From assembly GCF_964188315.1 (NCBI RefSeq), contig NC_135673.1, positions 38,502,001-38,566,000 on the forward strand: a DNA stretch of 64,000 nucleotides, in the 5' to 3' direction. Below the pieces are notes generated by a model, which saw nothing but the letters and a program-made list of their open reading frames with translations, searched no databases and was not told where the DNA came from. A program made the position numbers and the translations under genes. This DNA is from Podarcis muralis (Eukaryota). Shown here one piece after another: positions 53,288 to 64,000 of the stretch (position 1 is the stretch's first letter; each line of letters begins with the position of its first letter).

Positions 53288-53816
53288 CCGTATTTTTCGC
53301 TCTATAGGACGCACCGGACCATAGGACGCACCTTGTTTTAGAGGGGGAGAACAAGAAAAAAAATTCTCCCCCTCTCTGCTCAGCGCCCCTTCAGCGAAGC
53401 GGCAGGAGAAACGGAGCCCCTTCCATTTCTCCTCCCGCTTGGCTGAAGGGGCTCTGCGCAGCTCTCCCTCTCTGCTGAAGCCGGGAGAGTCTTGCTCTCC
53501 TGGCTTCAGCGAAAGGAATCCGAAGCCTGCAGAGCACAGCGGAAACTTGCGCTGCACTCCGAAGGCTTCAGGCGGCTATCCCTGAAGCCTGGAGAGCGAG
53601 AGTGGTCGGTGCACACCGACCCCTCTCGCTCTCCAGGCTTCAGCGAAAGCAATGCGAAGCCTCCGGAGCGCGGAGGGAGCGCTCCCTCTGTGCTTCAGAG
53701 GCTTCTCATTGCAATCGCTGAAGCCAAGAAGCCTGCATTCGCTCCATAAGACACACACACATTTCCCCTTAATTTTTGGAGAGGAAAAAGTGTGTCCTAT
53801 AGAGCGAAAAATACGG
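53288..53816. mobile_element. Mariner-type MITE (family of 37728), GC-rich with internal repeats
   Basis: TIR ccgtatttttcgctctataggac; TA TSD. Confidence 0.9.
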
Positions 53817-55211
53817 TATATGAAGAAAATGCCAGATGTCCTTCTGTGGAGAGGGAGTTCTATGCTTCGTGGGCTACCACAATGTCTAACAGTGTATGCT
53901 GCCACCATCAAATAGCTTTTATGGCATCCTATTTATTTTATTTATTTAAGAGCCCTGTTAGATCAAACCAAAGGCCCAGGATTTATTCCCAGAGAGGCCA
54001 GCTAGATGCCAATGGGAAGTCCACATTCAATAACATGTTCTTATTTAGAGGGATTTTTTATCTTTTGGTGTGAAATTGACTAGACCAGAAGCAGTTTGAG
54101 GCTGGTCTAGTCAATTTCAATGTGCCATTAACTTGCACCAGGCTAGGAGTGGCTCCAGTAAGAGGGGACTGGACTGAGCAGGCTTGTCCCACCTGCATTC
54201 CCACTAAGTTGTGCACCTGTAAAGTTACTGAGTAGCAATGTGGCTGGGCAGAGGGGCGGGGGGGGGAGGGAGAGAAAAGTCCAGGTGCAGCGCAGAAATC
54301 ATAATCTGTACATAGCCTTAAGGATTTGCTCTAGTTGACTGAGAATGCGCGACTCCCTCTTCCACTCTCTTTTCCTATTTTCCACCAAAATGAGTTATCC
54401 CCAGTGCCAGCCACTAACAGAGCTTTTGACGGAAACTCATTATATCCAACGGAATGCCCATACATTTCAAACGGAGGCGCCGAGCCGGCTGCTGCATTAG
54501 AAGATAAATATGGGAGACTGAGCTCAAAAATTGGAACTATTAGGTAAATAGCGCAACGAATTGCTGGCATTGCATTTTGGGCAGAAGACAGCGATGCGCT
54601 AGCACCAGAATTACCGTGGAGGACAGAAATGTCCTGAAGGTGGCCTCTTTAATCCTGTTGGTGCAATTGTTTCGAAAATACGGGTGGGGGGAGTAAAAAA
54701 TGAAGATCCCACTCCAGCTGAAGAGTTTCTTTTGAAGCTTCTGATCAGCAGCCTCGCTACACTCTGCCTGGCAGCATAACCTTTACAGCATGGTTTGGGG
54801 CTTGGTTTAAACAGCCACCTTATTCTCTTGTTTGGGGAGGGCTGAAGCTCAATGGCAGGGTGTCTGCTTTGCATGAAGAAGGTTCTAGGTTCAATCCCAA
54901 GCATCTCTAGGTAGGGCTGGGAACATCCACCCTCTGAAACCCTGGAGACCCCCCTGCCAGTCACAGTCTGCAATACTGAGATAAGTAGACCAGTGGCAGC
55001 TTTCTGTGCTCCTATTTATTTTAGCCTTTTATTCGGAATCATGAGGACTGGGACCTTGCTTTATTTTTAGGGGAGGAGCCATAGTTTAGTAGAACAGCTT
55101 CTGTTTGGCATTCAGAAGTTCCCAAGGACTATTCCCAGCATCTCCTGGAAGAGCTGGGGAATGTTCCCTGTCTGAAACCCTGAAGAGCCCACAGCTAGTT
55201 GATGCAAACAA

Positions 55212-55212
<1 letters not shown>

Positions 55213-55253
<41 letters not shown>

Positions 55254-55473
55254 GTTGTTTAGTCATGTCCGACTCTTTGTGACCCCATGGAGCACGCCAG
55301 GCACTCCTGTCTTCCACTGCCTCCTGCTGTTTGGTCAAACTCATGCTGGTAGCTTCAAGAACACTGTCCCACCATCTCGTCCTCTGGTGTCCCCTTCTCC
55401 TTGTGCCCTCCATCTTTCCCAACATCAGGGTCTTTTCCAGGGAGTCTTTTCCCTGGGGAGTCTTCTCTTCTCA
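55213..55473 (-). mobile_element. Bov-B (RTE) 3' fragment with (CAA)n tail
   Basis: 12-bp TSD gatgcaaacaat; encodes ...LGKMEGTRRRGHQRTRW.DSV.EAT... Confidence 0.9.
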
Positions 55474-55918
55474 GATGCAAACAATACTCAGGGCCAATCA
55501 CCTGATATGATATAAGGTAGATTCCTATGTCCTTACTGTTCCCGCTATGTGGCTCGCCACTGTTTTAAGATATTTATCATCTATCTATCCTATCTATCTA
55601 TCATCTCACAGTTTTGTAACTGAGATCATAGACATTGGGAAGGTATGACTCACCTATCCAAATGTTTTCAATAGGACCCAAATTCAGCAAGCCTTGACCC
55701 TCATGTAGATGGGAAATGTGGGAAATGGGGCTTATGACTGTGCATTTAATACCCGCCCCCAAGTCATGCTGTTGCTCCTGGCCCCACTTTTGCGCTCATG
55801 GTGCTCATGATAATGTCAGCAGTAGAAAGCCTTATCTGTGTGCTGAGCATGCATGTTACAACCCAAAATAGCAAGGCTCCTAAACTGCAAGAGAAGAACT
55901 TCCACAACTGCTGCAGAC

Positions 55919-56098
55919 CAGTGGCGTAGCGTGGGTTGTCAGCACCCGGGGCAAGGCAAGTAATTTGCGCCCCCTAACCCGTGGATTTGCACCCCCTAAC
56001 CCGTGGATTTGCGCCCCCTAACCTGTGGATTTGCCCTAACCCCAGATGTTGCGCCCGGTGCGGCCGGCCCCCCCTGCACCCCCCACGCTACGCCACTG
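55919..56098. mobile_element. hAT MITE with an internal 22-bp minisatellite
   Basis: Perfect 17-bp TIR cagtggcgtagcgtggg; exact TSD ctgcagac. Confidence 0.9.
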
Positions 56099-57115
56099 CT
56101 GCAGACATTATCCTGAACTCAACGAAATTGTGTTAGGAGCAATGGAAGGAAAATAATTTAGCATGATAAATGGGCATGGAAGTCCAATTGAAGAAAGGTG
56201 GCCGCCGCCACCTTACAAACTATCATAACAGTTCCTAGGATACCAGAATTTAAATCTCCACTCAACCCTCAAGCTGGCTGTCTCTCATCTTCCCAATCCT
56301 AAATTTAGTTCTTCATATTTCCACAATTGTTTGCCATTTAAAAACTAAAAACCAAGTCTCTATGAAAATTCATCAGCATAATAACAGGAATGTCTTTTAA
56401 TATACACATATCTGAATGAAAATTTTGCCTGCTATGTACCTTTTTGTAAAGCAATGCTCTCTAATAATGCGTTTTTGTATGTTATTTTCATGAATATATG
56501 CATTTTTATGCACCCTCCACCCTAGTATATGGAAAACTGCACTGCAAACTTTGGAAGCGCGCAAACTTTAAATGCGGACTGAATCTAATTCTTCTCCCAT
56601 CCCCCCTCTTACATACACATTTTGCCTGACTGATAGAAGTCACCAGGGCATAGGAAAAAGCAGTTTTTCCACCTCAGTTTCTCCCTCTCCCTGCCCCATT
56701 GGAGTGCTCTGCCCATATCCCTGATTGCACATACAGCAGAGAGATGGGATGCAGACATGTTTGTTTTAACTCTCTCAGTGAATTGTATCATCAGATAGGA
56801 ATGGGCTGCATCTTCCTTTTTGAAGGGGCGGGGGAACCCAAAGAAACACATTTCTGATGCTTGTGAAAATGTCTTCTGCTGGTGATATTGATGTGTCTCC
56901 AATATAATGGGAAACTCATGTAACATTAATGGAAACTTATATGATGTTAGGTCTGGAGAATCATTTTCATTTATCACCACTGGGTTGTTTTTATGAGTTT
57001 GGGATTAAAATGAGCCATTTCCCTGCTCCCAGCTCTCTTGTTGAGTATTTATGTGGTTCAGAAAACAGGGAACTTGTTTGTATTTATGAGGCAGTAAGAC
57101 TATCAGGAGACTTAC

Positions 57116-57192
57116 AGAACAAGCAGCATTACAGTGTGTAGCTTTTTAGCTACCATGAAGACCCAGTGATTAAACATCCACCTCTTTGCCAT
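57116..57192 (-). CDS. KLHL4: Probable alternative first coding exon of KLHL4 (MAKRWMFNHWVFMVAKKLHTVMLLVL)
   Basis: ATG at 57192 and strong donor ct|gtaagt. Ends in phase 2 and joins the 52139 exon in frame (ct+g = Leu). Confidence 0.65.
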
Positions 57193-58654
57193 CACACACT
57201 CAAAATGGAATATACATTAAGACCTATATCTGTTAAAGCTAGAGGTGGAGGGCAAATTCCATCCGGAGCACATTTAAAGGCAGACATACCTAACATGCAG
57301 TTTCTGAAACAACATACGGACTGAAACAGAGCTAACTTTGAAATTTTTGCTCCTCTGAATTTTGCAGTGCAGTCCTCCAGTCAAGAAATGTGTACAGAAA
57401 TGCACGCACTAGGGTAAAACATGCATTATAAAATGCACATGTTAGTGAAAACAGTATACAAAGTGCACTGTATTAGGGGGAATCACTTTCCAAAATGTCT
57501 CTATTAGGCTAGCCAATGGTCTGACTTGATTTAAGGCAGCTTCGGATCCACTTGAACTCTCTCAAAAGCTCACTGCTGAAGACTGTGTTGCTTTTGTTGG
57601 TTTATGTTTCTATTATTTATCTATTTATTTATTTATTTATTTATTTATTTATCTAGCTATTTATTTTTCATTTGAGAATTTGCAGCTCCACCATTCATCC
57701 CTAGACAGCGTGCAACATATTAAAATAAATGCAGCAAGTCTCAGTAACATATCAAGTAGCATAAAATATTGATAATAGCAGCAGCAGGCAGACTTTATGA
57801 AAGTACCTTAAAAGACCCAGCACTTAAAAGATAACATGGTAAATTTCAGATTAGGTTCCCTAAAAAAAGAGTTCCACAGGTGCAGTGCTACGGCCAAAAA
57901 TAGCCTCCTGCCTGGTCTCCACTTGTCTCAATTCTGACAATGCAAACACCTGAAGAAGAGTACCAACAGATGACCACAGTATACAGGTGAGCTGATACAG
58001 GTGCAGGAGTGTCTTTAAGCATGTGAGTTCCCACTATGAGTGGCTGGAAGGCAAACACCTGCAGTGTGATCTGGGCTTGGCAATTGTTGGCAATTAATGG
58101 TAAAACTTCAACATTGGCAAGATATATTCCCAATGGGAAGTCCAAGTCAGATTTCTAGCAGCTGCATTCTAGTTTCTGCAGCATCTTCAAGGGCAGCTCT
58201 ATGTAAAATACATTGCAGCAGGCCAACTGGAGTTTATCAGTATGGGAAGAGTCATTCATGTACAAATACACAGACTGAGCAGAGGAGAAGGAACATTCAC
58301 ATAAGCAGCATTTGTCCAAAGCAATGACAGACCCCCTAAAAACCATCATCGCTCTCTTGAAGATCTATACCTATGCTGCTTCTTTCCAGCTAGTGACTTA
58401 TGATTACCTTTCCCAACTCAATAAAACATATCACTACTTTCTCCCAATTTTCAATTCCATGCCAGGGCATTAGATCTCTCATTCAAGGAGTCAGAGTGGT
58501 GTCATAGCTGTGTCCTATATCTCAAGCCCACAGATTATTGAGTGCGTGGTTTACTGATATTCTTTTCTGCTCCCATTTTCCCCAAGTGCTTCCTTCTAAA
58601 GAAAGATTACTGGAGATTGGTGTTGCCTTTTTCTAATACGTGATCATGAGGAAA

Positions 58655-58685
<31 letters not shown>

Positions 58686-58772
58686 CATCATCATTTTATC
58701 CACAAATAAAACCATGCTCAAGGCAGCTTACAACATAAAAAAAACTACAGAATTATAAGTATAACGTAAGTA

Positions 58773-59124
58773 AAAAGGTAAAGGGACCCTTGACCATTAG
58801 GTCCAGTCGTGACCGACTCTGGGGTTGTGGCGCTCATCTCGCTTTATTGGCCGAGGGAGCCGGCGTACAGCTTCCGGGTCATGTGGCAAGCATGACTAAG
58901 CCACTTCTGGAGAACCAGAGCAGCACACGGAAATGCCGTTTACCTTCCTGCCGGAGTGGTACCCATTTATCTACTTGCACTTTGATGTGCTTTCGAACTG
59001 CTAGGTTGGCAGGAGCAGGGACCGAGCAATGGGAGCTCACCCCATCGCGGGGATTTGAACCACCAAGTTCTAGACTCAGCAAGTCCTAGACTCTGTGGTT
59101 TAACCCACAGCGCCACCCACCTCC
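58773..59124 (-). mobile_element. Sauria SINE (second subfamily)
   Basis: aaggtaaagggaccc...cagcgccaccc; 13-bp TSD tataac(g/a)taagta. Confidence 0.9.
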
Positions 59125-61452
59125 TATAACATAAGTAGTCATAAACAATAAATTAAAGACATTATACAATCAATTTTGACATAAATCATAATACAATTAT
59201 AAAAAAATAAAAGAAATAAAGCTACAAAAAAAAAAAGCAGTAACAGCAACAAAAACCCCCAACAAAAACCTTTAAACAATATCCCAGCCCAAAAGTATGT
59301 TCATCCCCTGTAGTCAGAGTCAGTCAGAGCCCTACCCTCCCAGGCCAGGACAGGTGGAAAAGGCCTGTAAGGCAGGGAGTAAGTCTTTCAGGACTTGGAG
59401 CCAAGGTGGTCTCTGGCCTCATCAGTAGCCTCAGCTTCTGAAGCTGGAGTCAGTCCACTGTTGTGATGATATCAAGCACAAGGCATGTGAATTTTTCCAC
59501 TCTTCCTCCTCACCTTTCCCATACTCAGGATTCTTCGAGTACTTGGGCCACGTAAAATGATTTCTAATGTGGTTATTGTGGTAAAGTGATTTTAGGGGGG
59601 AGGGGAGCCATATGGTCCCTTGTCAAGAGTTCAAGGGACCCTAGGTATGCATCCGCAGCCATGATGGTATCTGGTCTCTCTGAGCTCCCTCAACTTTTGT
59701 AGCTGGAGTCAGTCAGGGCCCTGCCCTCCCAGGCCAGGTGGGGGGGAAGCCTGCAAGGCAAGGGAGCAGGTCTTCCAAGACTCACAGGTAAGATGATGAT
59801 AGTATAGGTTGAGCAGGCAGGAAGCATGCACACTCTTGTAACACCCTCCCAGGCTATAGGACACTGAATAACAAGTGCCTGGAAACAATGACAGAGAGAG
59901 GCATTATCCTTGCCTTCATGCCCTGTTCCGACAGGCTTGGATGACCAGGCAGACAAAGGCCCTGAGAAGAAGCTGAAAGGGCAATGAGCTTAGCATGTGT
60001 GAGGTAAACTTCCAGAGGCTTTAAGTTACTGCTTTGTTTCACACCAAGAGCGTCTCTGTCTAATAAAGCACAATGCTCCCTGGTTTAAACTTTATGTATT
60101 TTCCCAATAACCTTATTAATATAGTTCCATATTCATACTCTTATGAAGCATTAGAAACCATTTGGCAACTGTGACCTAATAAATAATACTCTCATTATGC
60201 ACCCAAACATCCCAGAAGATGCGCCTTCACGTACGTGGTAATAAAGCATGAGCCTTGCTCTGCAATACTAATAATCATTTCAGCTTGTCAGGTAAATAGC
60301 CAATTATGGCTTGATTAGTTGTCCAAGTCCAAAGGCTACAAAATGCAGAAGAATTATGGTAACTGGGGAGCCACTACACAAATCCTTTAGAGAGGAGCTG
60401 GCGCCGATGGACCTAATTTATTTGTAGTGGCTGTGTACAGCGAGTCTAATTATGCTAGATTCGGTAATTGTTCACTCTGCCGCTCTATAATAATTGCTTT
60501 TCCAATTAATCTTATTTATTTTGAAATTGCTTATACATTTTCATATTTGACTTAGGTATCAGTGACTGCAGTAAAATGACTTCCCAAATAGATGGTATGA
60601 TGAGGACTAGAAGAGTGACACTTTGCATTAGGAAATGATTTTTTTCCCAAATTGGTTTCTCACATTTTTCATTTCCTGCTCAGAATGCTCAGAAAAATCC
60701 TTTCCCACAAGAAGGGCTTGAATGCAATTGCCTTCTGCCAAGGTTTGTTCCCTCAGTAACTGGTATATAGGGTCATACTGACTCTAAACTGGAAGATTCC
60801 ATACAGCTATTAACAGACCTGTCCTTTATGAATCTGCCCAATTCCCATCTAAAGTTATCTAAGTTTATGATCATCACCATATCTTACGGCAAGACATTCC
60901 ACACGTTCTAGTATTTGGGGAGAGGAAAAACTTTATACAGATTTTCTCATGGAAAACTTCTCTACACATACTTTCTCATAGATAAAAGCTACCAAGATTT
61001 GTTAGAAGGAAAGGTCGTTGTGTAGCATGTTATTTTTCATTACCTAATAATTTATCGTAACAAAAATAGCCTAAAAGTAGCCTAAGGGGGGAAATAAGCA
61101 AGACTGCTTTTAGCTGACAGTCATACTGGTGAGAATGTGCCTCCATGAAATGATCAGTGAAAGCTTTAGTTGATTAATCTATTGAGCACACTTTTACCTT
61201 AATAGACACTTTTTGTGTGTCCAATTTTTGGCTGTGAAAATGCATCACAAAATTCAGAGACGTGTGAATTTCCAAAGGTAGCTTCCATTAAAATGTGAAC
61301 TGGATGAAAATCTCTACCATCTTCCCCCTTCCAAGTAACTGAGTACCTGAGATCCAGAGAATGTTAAATTAATGGGTGCTGGGAGCATGTGTGCCATGAA
61401 GCTCCCCTCTAAAGTGATGTACAGTTTTGCATAAGCTGTCAGAAAGACCCAC

Positions 61453-61558
61453 CATAATTAGAAACATGCGTTTCCGTAGAAACAGCATCTTTGGGAAACT
61501 GAGCTGCTGTCCTGATGATACCTTTCACACTGTTGTTCCGATGACGCAGAAGATTATA
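61453..61558 (-). other. Candidate exon, unknown protein (YNLLRHRNNSVKGIIRTAAQFPKDAVSTETHVSNY)
   Basis: Branch-like ctaac, pyrimidine tract and aag acceptor; donor atg|gtgggt; 106 nt, stop-free. Confidence 0.45.
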
Positions 61559-61652
61559 CTTGGTGTCAAAAGACGGAAAAGCAAGAGGGGGTTAGAGGAG
61601 AGGATTGTCAACTGGAAGGGGGGAGAGGGGGAGTGGAAAGAGAGAAATCTAC

Positions 61653-61716
61653 CAAAAGCTGTTCAGGAAAGATGACAGGGGAAATATCTTTATCATAGCA
61701 TGGAGCAAATCCCCAG
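61653..61716 (-). other. Candidate exon (WGFAPCYDKDISPVIFPEQLL)
   Basis: Acceptor cccttcgtttttgcccttgtctag, donor gtagat. The phase-0 end joins 61558 in frame across a 94-nt intron. Confidence 0.35.
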
Positions 61717-62742
61717 CTAGACAAGGGCAAAAACGAAGGGAAAATACTGCCCCTTCGTGACTTCTACTATATATGTGCCATACATGAGATCTGAAAAGGG
61801 TTTTTCTGGGGTTAAGCGGCGAAGGAACTCCAGCTCCAGGTTAAGTTCACCTTTCAACAAACTCCCAAAATTGGCATCTTGATCCCAGTCAATATCTCTG
61901 TTGTGCTGTTTTGAACTGATTGAATGCATGCACGTGTTGTTGTTGTTCTGAACTGTTTTAAACTACAAACTGTGTTTTTAATTGTGTGTGTTTTTTATAA
62001 ATGCAATTGTTTTAAGTGTTTCAATGTAAACTATTTTATACATATATTTTATTATTTGGTGAATCACTTCAGGATGCCTCATGGGAACCAATTTATAAAT
62101 GATATGGGGGAGGGGAGGGAGGAAGGAGGAGGAGGAGAAGGAGAAGGAGAAGAATAATTAAAAATGTAGAATTCTGTGATTCTAGGGAATAACACAGTAG
62201 GTCTGCTCTGAAAAGTTATTGCAAAGGTGCTGCTTCTAGTCATATGGAAAACCTCAGAATTGTTATTTTCCCACAGTTGGGATTTCATGCATTTTAGCAC
62301 TTTGCACATCAGCTTGCAGTAAGCGTGTAGGGCCCAGTTCTGAAAGATGTGGTGAGGCTTCCGCTCTGATTAGAATTAATAGGTGTTGACAGCTCTTAGA
62401 GCTGAAGGGTGCAGAGGAACAGGGGGAGGAGCACCCAAATGCTAATCTAAGATGTCAGGAATCCATACTGAGCATGATTTAATTCTGGAGCTAAAGGAAC
62501 AGGAGGCGGATGCACACTTGAGACTAAAGGGGAGGGCACTGACTACTCTGTGCCAATGTGGAGTTCAGGATCAGCCACAAAGCTCACCAGTCAGCCTTGC
62601 ACAAATTCCTTTCCTCTCCCTCAGACATGCTGTTCTGGTAAGTTGGGTGGCAATTGGAGGGGTTTATGCTCTTATCTGCTGTGTTTTTTTCTTGGAGGTC
62701 ATCCTGACTCACAACTCACAGCTGTGTTGCATGGATCTAAGC

Positions 62743-62878
62743 CAGGCATTCCCAAACTCGGCCCTCCAGCTGTTTTGAGACTACAACTCCCATCATCCCT
62801 AGCTAACAGGACTAGTGGTCAGGGATGATGGGAGTTGTAATCCCAAAACAGCTAGAGGGCCAAGTTTGGGGGTGCCTG
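62743..62878. mobile_element. Palindromic hAT (Charlie-like) MITE
   Basis: Exact 8-bp TSD atctaagc; 136-bp near-palindrome. Confidence 0.9.
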
Positions 62879-64000
62879 ATCTAAGCTGAGCCAAGCATAA
62901 TGTGGTGTGACCAGCATTTTGCTTTGAAACTTCCAGAGGAGTAGATCAGTATTCATGGAGAATGAGGGTAAACAGATACTGTAGTCGAGGAGGTGGGGGG
63001 AGGGGGCGCTGTGGCCCTTCAGATGTTGTCCAGACTCCCATCATCCCTGGCTTTTGGCCATGCTGGTTTAAGATGAAGGGAGCTGGAATTCAATGGCATC
63101 TGGAAGACCCACAGATTCCCTGCTCCTGCCACAAATGAAGATAGATGCAGTTTAAGCAGCTGCTGTCCAGCCACTCCTTTGTAAAACAGTTGGATGGCTA
63201 GGAGGTCCAAGAGGTCTAGCTGATGGGAATTAATTCTTAGGAGATGGTCCCCTGAGAGCTGGGGATCTCTCTTGGTCTCTGAATGAGATATACTTCAGCA
63301 CTTTGGCATGGTTGCACCCGTCAAACTTAGGGAAAAGTGGGAGAGAGTGGGAGAGAGAGAAACAGCTGGCAGTTTTGAAAGAGAGAGCAAAGGGTTACTC
63401 ATTTGAAGCTGAGATGGAGTTCTAGGAATGCTGCTTACATTCCCCTCTCTAGTATATGTGCATGAGAAAGAACAGGAGATAATGAAGCTGGAGCATCTAT
63501 TTGCTCTGCTGCAGAAGAATCACCCAAACCAGAACCCTGAGAGTCTCACGCTGGCCAGGATGGAAGATTGGGGGTGGCAGGTTGGAGGGGAAATAAGTAT
63601 GCCAGCTCCTGGGCTGGTGCAGTCAGCCCCTGGTCTTGCATTTCCCCACCTCTGCTATAGAAGGAGTACATTACACAAAGGATGTGCTGCCGCAGAGAGG
63701 TCTGTGCACTGCATCACCAACCACAACCCTCCACTCACAGGAGAGTGTGAGGAACAGACTTCATGGCTGGCTGTCAGGTGCTTTGGAACCCCACACAAGA
63801 GATTTTGGCAGGTGTCATGTGATAGACAGGCGGGTTGTCCTGGTGAAGTTTTTCGGGGGGGGGGGGATGTACCTACCATACACATTTTTGCAGAACAACT
63901 TTCCCTAATGTAGTGGCCTTTTGTGTGTTATTTTAACAACAATATGCACTTTTATGCACACTTTTTCAGAATGTATGCATTTTAGCATTCATTCTATCAT

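Noticed and set aside
56609-56980. 123-aa minus-strand ORF considered as a FAM124-like or other KLHL4 5' exon
   Set aside because: No recognisable motif and no convincing splice boundaries; its end runs into the old AT-rich repeat.
2613-63913. Most remaining 60-190 aa ORFs in the supplied track
   Set aside because: They fall in MITEs, SINEs, LINE remnants or microsatellites, or are antisense shadows of KLHL4 exons; many use TTG/GTG/CTG starts that are not meaningful here.

Overview
Vertebrate genomic DNA, most likely a lacertid lizard (inferred from the Sauria SINE, Bov-B, squamate L1/L2/CR1 and hAT/Tc1-mariner MITE content). The main feature is KLHL4 (BTB-BACK-6xKelch) on the minus strand: ten GT-AG, phase-consistent coding exons from 52139 down to the stop at 34273. 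The mammalian-type first exon (MSVSGKKEFDV...) is not visible and probably lies beyond base 64000. Instead there is a well-supported alternative first coding exon at 57116-57192, plus unexplained coding-like blocks at ~61.45-61.93 kb and ~54.3-54.8 kb. The window opens inside an uninterrupted L1 ORF2. The rest is repeat-rich: a solo LTR with a 4-bp TSD, a Rex1 fragment, nested MITEs and an old ~330-bp local duplication. I found no convincing novel multi-gene system. The best leads are alternative KLHL4 N-termini, a stop-free in-frame intron inside the BTB domain, a possible ~8-kb 3' UTR and a few weak orphan exon candidates. All coordinates and translations were read by hand and no database searches were run; family assignments rest on recalled consensus features.
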